DNA from: Hormiphora californensis | Lineage: Eukaryota > Animalia > Ctenophora | DNA length: 64,000 nucleotides | Direction of reading: 5' to 3' | Assembly: GCA_020137815.1 (NCBI GenBank) | Contig: CM035350.1 | Span: 3,782,001 to 3,846,000, forward strand | Shown here: positions 9,088-20,200 of the stretch, piece by piece | How positions within the stretch are numbered: the first letter of the stretch is position 1 | How the letters are laid out: every line of letters starts with the position of its first letter | Notes under the pieces: model-generated | Databases searched by the model: none | What the model was told of the DNA's origin: nothing | Seen by the model: the letters and a program-made list of their open reading frames with translations, nothing else | Program-made: the position numbers and the translations under genes

Positions 9088-12023
9088 CTCCCGCTGCCAC
9101 GAGTGACTGTCGATGGAAACTCTCCTATTTGACTGATATGGTGAGCAACTCCTCTGTTCCCGTTTTGGCAGCAGCCGTAACGGAGACTTGGTGGAAAGAG
9201 GAGTTTACTGAGGCCCAGGTAGAAATACCTGGTTTTTCAGTAGTTAGGAGTGATAGGAAGTCCCGTAAGGGAGGTGGATGTGCACTGTACGTGAACCAGA
9301 GAGTGACACCCACAGATGAATATATTTGGAGTGACAGTTGGTCCAACATTGCTGCAGCCTACGTTGCAGAATCACATATGGTGCTGGCATCTGTCTATCG
9401 GGCCCCAGGTTCCCAAATGTCTTCGATCCTTCACCGGCTACAAACCTTCATCGAAAAACACTCATCTGACCAGGTTTTTCCCGACGTTTACATTCTGGGG
9501 GATTTCAACTGCCCGGGTATTAACTGGTCAACACATTTTTCCTTAGACTCAAGGGAGTCGGAGCTTTTGGAGTTTGGGGATAAATACTTTCTATATCAAA
9601 TGGTGCACGAACCTACTAGAGGGGAGAATACTTTGGATATCATACTCACTAACAGGGAGGAGTATTGTGCTTCAGTTGGGGTGGAGGACCTTAACATCTC
9701 TGACCATTCAGTTGTCCAGTGTGTGCTGGGATTTGGGCTTGAGCCGGTCAGGGGGAGGCCAGCGAGGAATATGCAGGGCTTCGCTGGACTTGATATCCAT
9801 TCTGCTGACTTCGAGGCAGTCAATGCCGAACTACAAGGTGTAGACTGGGACGGTGTCCTGGATGGCTACTGTAGAGACGGAGACGGGTCGGACATTGTAC
9901 AGCGAATCTCAGAGGTGATTTTGCAGATCGTATCTCGGTATGCCAAGGTCAAGAGACGTGGTATTGCGAGGAAAGACCCAATGCTGAAACGGCTAAAGAA
10001 GAAGCAGAAAAAGTTAAACCGGGAAATCTCCAAGGCAAAGAATGCCAACTCATATGCTGGGCATATTGCAAAGTTGGAGAGGCGAGTTGCGAGAGTGGCC
10101 CTGGAAATCAGGTACTATCTTAACAGGCGAATGGACCAGGAGGAACAGCGTGCTGTGGAGATTATTAGGAGCAACCCTAAATTTTTCTGGACTTACACAA
10201 ATGACAGGAGGAAAACAAAGTCACGTATTCCTCCTTTGAAAAGGGCGGATGGGACTCTGGCAGAGGATCCTGGGGAAAAGGCTGAATTACTACAGGAACA
10301 GTATTTATCAGTCTTCAGTGATCCCGAACAAGTCGTGGTGGAAGATGCAGTAGGGAGTATATCCTTTGCAGGACCAACTTTATCTGACATCGAATTCACT
10401 CCATCTTCTATCGAGGCAGCTCTCAAGCTGCTCGATCCCTTCTCTGCTGGCCCACCGGGGGATATACCATCATGCATACTCCACCGGTGCCGATCAGCTT
10501 TGTCGTACCCTCTGTTTTTGCTGTGGAGGGATTCCTTTAATCGGGGTGTTGTCCCTAGCTGTCTTAAGCGACAATTCATCACTCCAATTTTCAAGAAGGG
10601 TTCCCGATCCGAGGTTGGCAACTACAGGCCTGTATCGCTGACGTCAAATATCATCAAATGCTTTGAGAGAGTGGTACGTGCAGGGCTCATTACCCACTTC
10701 GAGACGTGTGGTATCTTGAATGAGTCGCAACATGGTTTTAGGAGAAACCGTAGCTGTTTGACCCAGCTTATAGAACATCTCGACCGGGTTTTGCGTGCAG
10801 TAAGTGATGGTGATGAGGTCGATGTGATCTATCTAGACTATCAAAAGGCGTTTGACAAGGTCGATCACAGGGTCTTAGTGTCCAAATTGGAGAAATATGG
10901 TGTGTCAGGAAAACTGCTGGAGTGGATCAAGAACTTTTTACAGGATCGTGTTCAGACTGTTACTGTTGACCAGGTTTTCTCGAGCTTCAAGGAGGTTTTA
11001 AGCGGTGTCCCGCAGGGGAGTGTCCTGGGGCCCGTACTTTTCTTGGTCTATGTCATTGACCTTGAATCATCCCTGAGTTTTTCGGATGCTTTGACTTTTG
11101 CCGATGATACGAAGATCATTAAAGTTATCAGAGGAATCCTAGATCATGCAAATCTACAGGAGGATCTGTGTAACGTGGTGGATTGGTCGGTGTTAAACAA
11201 CATGACACTCCACGACGATAAGTTTGAGCTGGTGCGTTATTCACCACGCTCCAACAACTTAATGCGGGAGCTTCCTTTTACAGCGGGCTATCTCTCTTAT
11301 GAGACCCCTAGTGGAGTATGTTTGACATCTTCTCCGGTTGTAAAGGATCTTGGTGTTCTCCTGTCAGAGGATGGGTCGTGGAAGCCACAGATCGAAAAGG
11401 TATCTGCATCGGCATCAAGGGTTGCAAACTGGATTCTGGGGGCGTTCAAATGCAGATCAGTTAAGGTAATGATGACTCTTTACAAAACACTTGTTCGCCC
11501 AATCCTGGAATATTGTTCTGCAGTCTGGAACCCGTCATCGGTTGGTGAAATTGCCCAACTGGAGCAGGTGCAGCGAAATTTCACCAGGCGTATCCTAGGG
11601 TGTCAAAACTTGGACTACTGGGAGAGACTTGCTTTCCTTGATTTACAGTCCCTGCAGAGGCGCAGGGAGCGCTATGTCCTTATCCACATGTTCAAAATCT
11701 GTAAGGGACTAGCCCCAAACGGACCCGGTTTTGATTTCAAGGACACCCCTCGTTACGGGGCACGGGCAGTGATCCCAAAATTCAATCATGGGGCACAAAG
11801 GTCGGCGTCCACTATGTTTGAAAACTCTTTTTCGGTTCTTGGGGCGAAACTATGGAACACTCTTCCTAAATGTGTCAAGGACGCCGGGAATATCGATGAA
11901 CTCAAGGTTGTACTGGGAGGGTACCTCAGGGGCATTGCTGATAGACCACCAACCAGGGGGTACTCGTGTGTTCATGGAAACTCCTTGTTGGACTATGCCC
12001 TGAGCCGGGGCACGGACTTCTAG
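9066..12023 (+). CDS. LINE ORF2: APE endonuclease plus reverse transcriptase (frame open from 8736; listed start is TTG)
   Basis: APE motifs NARSL, VTETW, GGG.ALY, YRAP, GDFN, LD, SDH; RT motifs NYRPVSLTS, QHGFR, DYQKAFD, GVPQGSVLGP, FADD; CR1-type C-terminus LEYCSAVWNP. Confidence 0.95.
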   Translation: MLNARSLTPAATSDCRWKLSYLTDMVSNSSVPVLAAAVTETWWKEEFTEAQVEIPGFSVVRSDRKSRKGGGCALYVNQRVTPTDEYIWSDSWSNIAAAYVAESHMVLASVYRAPGSQMSSILHRLQTFIEKHSSDQVFPDVYILGDFNCPGINWSTHFSLDSRESELLEFGDKYFLYQMVHEPTRGENTLDIILTNREEYCASVGVEDLNISDHSVVQCVLGFGLEPVRGRPARNMQGFAGLDIHSADFEAVNAELQGVDWDGVLDGYCRDGDGSDIVQRISEVILQIVSRYAKVKRRGIARKDPMLKRLKKKQKKLNREISKAKNANSYAGHIAKLERRVARVALEIRYYLNRRMDQEEQRAVEIIRSNPKFFWTYTNDRRKTKSRIPPLKRADGTLAEDPGEKAELLQEQYLSVFSDPEQVVVEDAVGSISFAGPTLSDIEFTPSSIEAALKLLDPFSAGPPGDIPSCILHRCRSALSYPLFLLWRDSFNRGVVPSCLKRQFITPIFKKGSRSEVGNYRPVSLTSNIIKCFERVVRAGLITHFETCGILNESQHGFRRNRSCLTQLIEHLDRVLRAVSDGDEVDVIYLDYQKAFDKVDHRVLVSKLEKYGVSGKLLEWIKNFLQDRVQTVTVDQVFSSFKEVLSGVPQGSVLGPVLFLVYVIDLESSLSFSDALTFADDTKIIKVIRGILDHANLQEDLCNVVDWSVLNNMTLHDDKFELVRYSPRSNNLMRELPFTAGYLSYETPSGVCLTSSPVVKDLGVLLSEDGSWKPQIEKVSASASRVANWILGAFKCRSVKVMMTLYKTLVRPILEYCSAVWNPSSVGEIAQLEQVQRNFTRRILGCQNLDYWERLAFLDLQSLQRRRERYVLIHMFKICKGLAPNGPGFDFKDTPRYGARAVIPKFNHGAQRSASTMFENSFSVLGAKLWNTLPKCVKDAGNIDELKVVLGGYLRGIADRPPTRGYSCVHGNSLLDYALSRGTDF

Positions 12024-12439
12024 TTGCAAAGCCGAATGAGTTCAGAGAGGCTGAAGCGTTTATTTATAATGTGGATGTCTCGACATGACTGGTCAAACTA
12101 TTTTGAAGATTTGAAGATTTAACCTTATCCCTACGGGTCCCTAGACCTAAAGGATAACCCTAACCCTAGCCCAACCGTAAACCCAACCCTAACCCTAACC
12201 CTAACGTCTCATGAGACATATGTCTCATGAGACATGTCTCATGATACACTCATGAGCACATGTAGGTCAAAACGTCTCATGAGCGCTCATGAGACATTGA
12301 AACAGAGATGGGATGAGACATATGTCTCATGAGCGCTCATGAGCAAGGTCTCATGAGCACTCATGAGCGCTCATGATACACTCATGACACACTCATGATA
12401 CACTCATGAGCGCTCATGAGACGTTGAAACACCTAAAAA

Positions 12440-12506
12440 CTGTCAGGCCAATGCTCTGACCACAGTTCTCGCGCGCTCCGATAGGGTCAGGCCAATGCTC
12501 TGACAG
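12440..12506 (+). mobile_element. 67-bp mini-element (family M2) inserted in the right arm of the foldback
   Basis: CTGTCAGGCC...CTCTGACAG with 8-bp TSD CCTAAAAA (12432-12439, 12507-12514); absent from the left arm. Confidence 0.85.
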
Positions 12507-12817
12507 CCTAAAAACGTCTCATGAGCGCTCATGATACACTCATGATACACTCATGACACACTCATGATACACTCATGAGCGCTCATGAGAGGAACGGACA
12601 GGTTCTTCCGACTTACCCACCCTGGTCACGTCAAAATGCACTGTGGCGCGCGGAAGAACCCTCTTTATGCTCTGCCGTGCGTTACAGGTGCGCGCAGTGA
12701 ACCTGGGTGTCCGGCAGAGCTCCGGACACCCGGCTGCGCACAAATCCAAAATTTCGCAGTTTTCACTTGGCATGCGCTGCAGACCCCAAGTGCGCGCGTT
12801 TTCCACGGCTTCTAGGG

Positions 12818-12917
12818 NNNNNNNNNNNNNNNNNNNNNNNNNNNNNNNNNNNNNNNNNNNNNNNNNNNNNNNNNNNNNNNNNNNNNNNNNNNNNNNNNNN
12901 NNNNNNNNNNNNNNNNN
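12818..12917. other. Assembly gap (100 N)
   Basis: Run of 100 n; the true distance and adjacency across it are unknown. Confidence 1.
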
Positions 12918-14036
12918 ATTGTTGAAAACTGGATTGCGTCGATTATCTTCCTCTTCTCTTGTTAGTGATTCTTGAAGCAGTACAGGATTCCTTGAAGCAT
13001 AATGCAGATACCCTCGTTTCTCTCTCCCTCCCTCGCTCTCTCTCCTCTCTCTTCTCTTTTTGATTGACTGCAACCGCCCATTAGAGTAGGTGACAGGAGC
13101 TGAGACATCATTATATTGATTATGTCTACACATACCAGGGAGAGGAGAGAGAGGAAAAGAGAGAGAGAGGGGAGAAGAGAGGGAGAGAGAGAGAAAGAGA
13201 GAGAGAGAGAGGCAGAGAGAGAGAGAGAGAGAGATTTGATAAGAGAATGGAGAGAGAAAGTAGAGAGCGAGAGAGGATGAGAGAGAGATAGATAGATAGA
13301 GAGGGATAGAGAGAGAGAGGAGAGGAGATGCAGAATGAGATGTTATAGGGAGAGAGAGATGAGAGAGACGGGAAATTTTAGGTCCAAGCAGTAACCTTCT
13401 TTGCCCATTACCACTTTTCATGGGTATGATTTATTCATTATACGAAACACATACCATACACAACGATCACGTCTAGACGATAGCAATTTGGACTAATGAT
13501 TTGTCTGCTCCTTTCCTCATCACTAGATTGGTTTACCATAATATGCTCCTAAAGGCACTCATAAAGGTTGGGGGACAACAGAGAAGACAGTCGAGACACG
13601 AGTTATGTCTGAAATTCCTCTCCTGCACTGTCCGGAAGCCACTATATACTGTAGATACAATCTCACCAAGCAGTTTGCCACCACGACTGCATAGTTGGAA
13701 ACTTTGGTAGCCTCCTATCCCGAGTGACTTATAGTCACGCTCATTGCAACCGCTTGTATCAAATCAAATCCCTCGAGTGAATCTTCCAACAGAAAGATCT
13801 TGAGGATATATATTAATATAATCAATTAAGACTGTTATAAGGCCACGAACATATGGTGGTGCATGTACTAATTCCACTTCGGAGAAGGTGGTGGTGGCTT
13901 AATTTAGTTATGAGTTCATGATCGGACGTTGCAGTGTCAATTTGTTCTCTCCCCTTCGTCTATAACTCGTGTAGTCCTCTCAGTGTGTCTTTCTGTCTGT
14001 CTCTATCTAATGTGGATGTCAGCAATCAGCATGTGT

Positions 14037-14092
<56 letters not shown>

Positions 14093-15145
14093 CCATGTGC
14101 CTTCTTAGTTCACGTGGTAATACAGCTCCCTTGCCGAGCTATAATAATAGCAGCTAGGCTCCAGATTTTGAGCACACATGCGTGCGCTACCACTTTGGTC
14201 AATCTACTGCAGTAGAGATCTCTAAGGAATTGCACTTTATAAATCACGGACTATAATATCAAGTTGAATCTAGCTCTTGATGCAAAGTTTCAATTTCTGA
14301 TTTATGTCACAACTTTATTCCATCTGAACGGCGCTATTAGAGCCGCCTCTTGCAACCAACAGTGTCGCTTGTAGTGGAGAAAGTGAGGGGTGTGAATCGA
14401 TTGAGAAAGCTGTCCGTAGTAGCAGTCACCAGATGCGGTTACTTTTTCGTATACCATCCACCGCTTATCCCCTGTCTCTGCTGCTGCATAGAGGCCCGTG
14501 CTACATTTTCCTCGAAAATATCACACATTCCGGCCTTTGAGTTTTAAAATCGGCAGCTAGAACTCTCTCCGTGCTTTCAAGTCGTCACATTTTTGTGTCT
14601 GTTTCGCAGCCTCCGTGACAGTTCTTTCTCTAGCTAGTTTTAACAAGAACTTCTTGTGCATACCTCTGGCAGACAGCTATATCTAATTCTAACAGCTGTG
14701 TGCAGTCACTAGTACCCATGGGGAATCCGCATCATTGGATAATATACAGGAAATAGAGATTGAGATTACCCGAGATTACTTCATGACCCTAATTGTTATC
14801 CTCGGACGTACATCTGGTAATATGTTAGTGTTACATGTTTTAATGTGACACTATAACAAGACAGTAATCGGTAATTAATGTCGTTAATTATCATGTAGAT
14901 CAGTCCAGCTCTGTCATACAAATGGCGATCACTGCAGGAGGTAGCCCGGTATATATCATGTCTCGATCTGATGATACAAAGCTCAAGGTGTTCTTTATTA
15001 GATTACCGTTGTGATCCAATCCTAAAACTTCTTGTTCTGGTCATCTTCAAATGAACAATTCCACAGCTAGGACAGAAAGGATACTACGTCTCAGCAGGAG
15101 ACATCCTTACTAATATTATAGTACTTCTGCCACTGCAGTTCTAGG

Positions 15146-15220
15146 CTGGTTGTTCATTGGCAATCATGACCTGCAGAACAAGAAGTTCTCGTTCTGATCA
15201 TTTGCCAACGAACAACCAGC
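15146..15220. repeat. Short imperfect inverted repeat (mini-MITE-like)
   Basis: GCTGGTTGTTCATTGGCAA...TTGCCAACGAACAACCAGC. Confidence 0.55.
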
Positions 15221-17368
15221 GGCCAGTTACCCCTTGCCAGCGCGTGCGAATGTAGCCCCGGGTTATTTCGTAACCAAACTATGACTGCAGCCAACAGCAG
15301 TATGAATGTCTCCTACTGAGCAGTTAAATTAAATAGCCTTCTGTCCTCCATGTCCGGTGGGTAAACCTAGTCATTGTATCAGGCTGCCATCCCTCGATTA
15401 CTTGGTCGATTTTCTAATCCATGTCATCAGCACATTATAGCCTTCATCACTGCAGCTAGTACAGAGTGGAGGTGAGACTGTGCCAAATTCCAGACGTGTC
15501 AAGATGTAGATTAATAGAGGACAGAGAGAAATGTATAGAGTTAACGAAGAAATCCAGAGAGCAGAGACATCTATGTCTGCAGCGCCGAAATCAAGACCTT
15601 GACTTTTAGTAGTAAGAAGAAGTCAGTTACGAAAAGATAATGGTAATGGCAATCAGAATTGTATAGTAATGCTAGTTTTATACAATTAAGAAACTTAATT
15701 TGGTATGCTCTTACTCATTCAGGTAGTCACTTCAAAAATAACTAAAGCTAGAAAGTTTATAGAAAGTTTGTTGTCTATTCCCCTGCATCTACCAAGATAA
15801 TCATAGTAGGTGGGGATTCACTAGGATATAGCTTCAGACAAGATTCTTTCCCATTTCATCCCCATTATATAGGAATTAGTTTGGTCGATCAGCTGCTGTA
15901 TAATTGTTTTTAATAAACAGAGCCAAATCATTAGCCGTGGTATGGAATTTTTCGAGACATGAAAAAAGTGGGGATTTAATTATAAAGATGGAGATCGTTC
16001 ATTTTTACTTCTCTTTTTCCTAGTGCTCAATATAATGAATTAGATTTTTTTTATATATTCTCTTTTCGGTTTTTATTATCTAAATCTCTCTCTATATGTA
16101 ACATCTCTTAAGATATTATATTATATATATATCTAAAATTTTTCCCCACTATTTCTCGATACATAACCTCTCCTTTTTCTATTTCTTTTTTCCCTATTCG
16201 ATTCCCCCCCCTCTGCATTTCCTCATCTCCCTTCTCTATCCTACTTTCTTTCCTCTCAATCTCCATAGCTCCGGCTACTCTCTCTAACTCTCTACTCCTC
16301 CTCTCCTCTTTTCTCTCTCTCTCTCTGCGGGTCTACATGTTTATGGTTTTTATAAACGCGTTTGAATCCTCTCACTCATCTCAATACCCAAAAACTCTAC
16401 TGAGCTCTAATAGCTTAGAATTGCATAATATGTTAGCTTTTTAGAAATCCATCATGTGATTCTTAGCCATCAGGGTGATTTAAAGAGCTATTCAGATTTT
16501 ATGTAGTTTCTCTTTAAAATTTTTAAGAAAAATGAAATGAAACAGTTAACCACCCCCTAAAGGGAAAAATTGCTATTTCAACCCCTTACTAGTTATTTAA
16601 GTAAAGTTTGAAAATTTTTTTTTTGTTTAAAAAGAAAAATTTAAATGGAGGAATTTTTCAACAAAAAGGGTCCCAAAAAAAAAGGGGAAAAAAAAATTTT
16701 TTTTTTTCCCCCCCCGGGTTTTTTTTTTTTTTTTTTTTTTTTTTTTCCCCCCCCCCCCCCCCCCCCCCCCCAAAAAAAAATTTTTTTTTTTTTTTTTTTT
16801 CCCCCCCCCCCCCCCTCCCCCCCCCTTTCCCCCAAAAACCCCCCTCCCCCCTTTCCCCCCCCCCCCCCCCCCCCCATTTCCTCTTCCTCTTCTCCTCCTT
16901 TTTTCCCCCTCTCTCTCCTCTCCTTCTCCTTTGCTTTCTTTCCTTTTTCCTCTCCTTCTCCCCCCTCTCACTGTGTGGATAACTTAAAACCCCCCCTTTT
17001 AAAACCCAAAACCTCATGATTTACTTTAGTTGAAAATTTTGAGCTATTTATTGTGTTTTCTTAAAATAGGGGGAAAGAAAAAGAATATGTACCCCCCTTT
17101 AAAAAACAAAACCCCCAAAATTTTAAAATTTTAAAAGAAAACCACCCCTTTTGGGAAATTTTGGGGTGTTTTCAACATTACCGTCAGATTTCATTATAGT
17201 AGTTTGATTTGTAATTTTGTTTGAATTAACACCTGTAACAAGTAGACTCGAGAAAATGGAAAATCTGATGTCATTGTCCATTACTAGTAATTAGTAGTAA
17301 TACTATATGTTATACTTCTACCAATTGAGTTGGGCAACTATCTATCGTTCTTGATGTACCATACCCAC

Positions 17369-17490
17369 TACAGTCGGACCCCGATTTATCGGGATGCTCG
17401 GGCTGGAAAAGGGTTTGCCCGGTAAATCGGGGTGCCCGGTATAATGAGGGTCAAATACCGTTCGTTTCGTATATTGGGGGAATATTACCT
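17369..17490 (+). mobile_element. Tc1/pogo-like MITE fragment
   Basis: TA|CAGTCGGACCCCGATTTA..GGG terminus; related copies at 47128-47348 and, inverted, at 55391-55416. Confidence 0.6.
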
Positions 17491-17639
17491 TTAACCCACT
17501 ATTCTGTTCTCTGCAGAGTTATTGGTGAAACATTAGCCGTGCAACTTCTGTCATCACCATGTACAAACGTGCCTTTATTCTCTTCCATATCAATACCATT
17601 CTGTTGAATCGTGTTTGCAGTTTAATCCAGTTTTATTAA

Positions 17640-20200
17640 TTTTTATACCCTGCTAACTTAAATAATGCGCCAGTGGCGAGAAGTCCCACTAGGCGCTTTT
17701 CAGGGGGAAAAACCGTCCAGCGGCAGATTATTCCCCCTGGCAGGTTTTTTATTTTTTAACCTACGTAAAATAAAATGTGGGTAAAATCAGTTCTTACTAA
17801 AATACAGAGGGAACACTATGTGCAACACTTACACCCTACTTGGGAGAGAAAGAAAGGACACATTCCGTCAATTACTCTCTCTTTATCTCCCCTTTTGTCT
17901 CACTACTTTTTCCGTGTTTTTTGTGAAGCCCCTTATCAGGCTATTTTTTTTTCATTTTTTCCTTAGCAACTGCTTAGTAACTTTTCCAACAGGGGACACT
18001 AAATTTGTGACGTGTTTTTAAAATTTTTCAGTTTCTTTGTGTTTTTTTGATTAGTGTTTCTCTCTTGTTGGTGGGGGTAATACTTGAAATAAACAACTAA
18101 AGCGGGTATATAACCCATAAAATCTGACCACTGGCACGTTTAGGGTTTTAAAACCCCCCGCCTCCCTCGGTCCGCCCCGGGCGTCGTCTATTTAAACCCC
18201 GTTTATCCCCCGGCGGCGGATAAACTCCAGCTAACTTTCCCCCGCGGGCCCGGGTGGGAGAAGTTATCTGAAAAAAACGGCCCGTGGGGCCCGAGTTTAT
18301 GCCTCATATATCCCCGCCCAACTTAAATAACCCGCCAGTCCCACTAGCGCGCTCTCAATAACGCCAGTCCACGGCAGATTTTTCCCCACGGCAGGTTATT
18401 TTTTGAACTTAAAATGTGTAAAAATGATCAGTCTTACTAAAAAAAGGGGGAACACTATGTGCAACACTTACACCTACATTGGAGAAAAAAAAGGGACCAT
18501 TCCCCAAATTTACTTCTTTTTTTCTCCCCTTTGTCTCACACTTTTCCCTCTTTTATGTTACTCCCCTTTCACTTTTCTTTCACTCTTTTTCCCTTAGCAA
18601 CTGCTTTCTTTTACCAAACATGTCCCCAAATTGTGAGGTTTTTTAACTATTTCTCATCCTCTTTGATGTTTTGTTTGTGTTCTCTCTCTTGGGTGTGAAA
18701 TACAACAAAAGCAGGGTATTAACCAAAACTTGCCCAGGGCAGTTTGGGTTTAAAACCCCTCCGCCTCTCCCTGGGCTCCCCCTGGGGGATGCGTCGGATT
18801 TAAACCATTTATCCGCCAGGGGCGGAAAAATTTCAGCAAACTTTCCCAACGGGCCGGGGGAAAAAGTTATCTAAAATAACGCCCAGGGGCCAATTTTATA
18901 CCCCCTTTAAACAAAATTTAAACCTATTATTGTGCGGTTGAGTACACACCAACAACATTTGAAAAGGAAGAGGAGCTTTGTAGAAAGAGAGGAGCTGATA
19001 TCATGATCGGTAAGTAGCTTCTCTACCTCTCTCACTTTCTTCTCTTCTAACCTTCTCACAGTTAGCTCCCACAACAAAAAACAACAGACCATGTTGCATG
19101 ATCCCATGAGGTATAGTAAACATAGCTTCTCTAGATCAATACATGGTATACTCTAGGCTAGCTAGGTTGGTTTTATAGTGCACAATATATCCGTAAGCGC
19201 TCCATCTATATTGTCAATCTGTCAATAGGAGGCAGGGTGGAGTTTGCCTTTTGCATCGTATATAGATAATATAATTGATCTTTTTATCCTTTTTAAAATC
19301 ATAAACATTCGCTGGAATTGGATTCTATTTTTGACATGATATGCCTTGATTTTGTTAGTCTATGTTCTATAGATATTTACTGGTGCACTATTTATATTAT
19401 TAGTTATGTATCCACCGAATTATGTGTTCTGTAGAGGACTTTGGCCGATAAAATATATATTTTATCGTATCGGGCATCAAGAGCGTTTTTGTCTAAAGTT
19501 CTGACGCAGTCAAGCGCGCCATTTTTACCTCGCCCCGCAAGCGTATTGGAGGGAAAAGCACGACAGCGGGCTGGGGTGCATTTCCACCCAATTTCACGAG
19601 TGAAAAAGAGTGCGATATAGGAACGCTTCACATGCCGGAGGAGTTATTGAGTATATATTTCCCCGAGAAAAAACATGACAGCAAAAAAACCCAAAAATTT
19701 TTGGGTTTTTACACACAGAGAAATGTGACAAACAGGTACAAATAACAAAACTACACACAATACACTCCTACACCTCTTACACACAAGGGAACAGTTTCCT
19801 GTTGTTTTATTTGTGAAAAAAAGGAGAGAAAAGGGAAAGAGATATGAGAGGGGGAGTTTGGGAATTTTTGGGAAAAAAGCAACAACAAAACGTATGGGGG
19901 GAAAATTGTGGAGAAAAGAGGGAGAGTGAGTGTAAAATGGCGACTGTGTGTCGTGATACCTTGCATTTTATTCTGTGTATTTGTGTGTAAAAAACTGCGA
20001 GAACACATTTTTTTCTTATATCCCTCGCCCCCATTCTGCACGCTCCCCCGGAAACACGTGCTATTTCAGTGCAAATGGTCCGCACGCGGGAGTGATATGG
20101 CATCCGGTATATAATACTCAATCACTATAAAAGACGGACTACCTCCTAAAAAAATTTTTGCGGTTATTACGAACAAAGGGAGTTACTTAGGGAGTGGTTG
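17640..20200. repeat. Three copies of a ~600-bp repeat in low-quality sequence
   Basis: Tandem copies at ~17640-18310 and ~18310-18905 share AACTTAAATAA, GGGAACACTATGTGCAACACTTACACC and other blocks. A more degraded inverted copy lies at ~19400-20200. All are distorted by homopolymer errors. Confidence 0.6.

Larger units (their letters stand above)
7573..12120 (+). mobile_element. Apparently full-length CR1-clade non-LTR retrotransposon (LINE)
   Basis: Intact ORF1 and ORF2, ~100-nt 3' UTR ending in the short tandem tail (TTTGAAGA)2TTT; inserted at the centre of the foldback element. Confidence 0.93.
7123..12617. mobile_element. Non-autonomous foldback DNA transposon, Merlin-like, split by a LINE insertion
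   Basis: Arms 7123-~7545 and ~12121-12617 are reverse complements, with TCATGA-rich internal repeats plus TTAGGG-like repeats. Termini GGTAAG/CTTACC fit Merlin GGNRM. 8-bp TSD CACCCTGG at 7115-7122 and 12618-12625. Confidence 0.85.

Noticed and set aside
16500-17170. Poly-F/P/K/G ORFs and long homopolymer runs
   Set aside because: The pattern is typical of low-quality consensus (homopolymer inflation), not biology.
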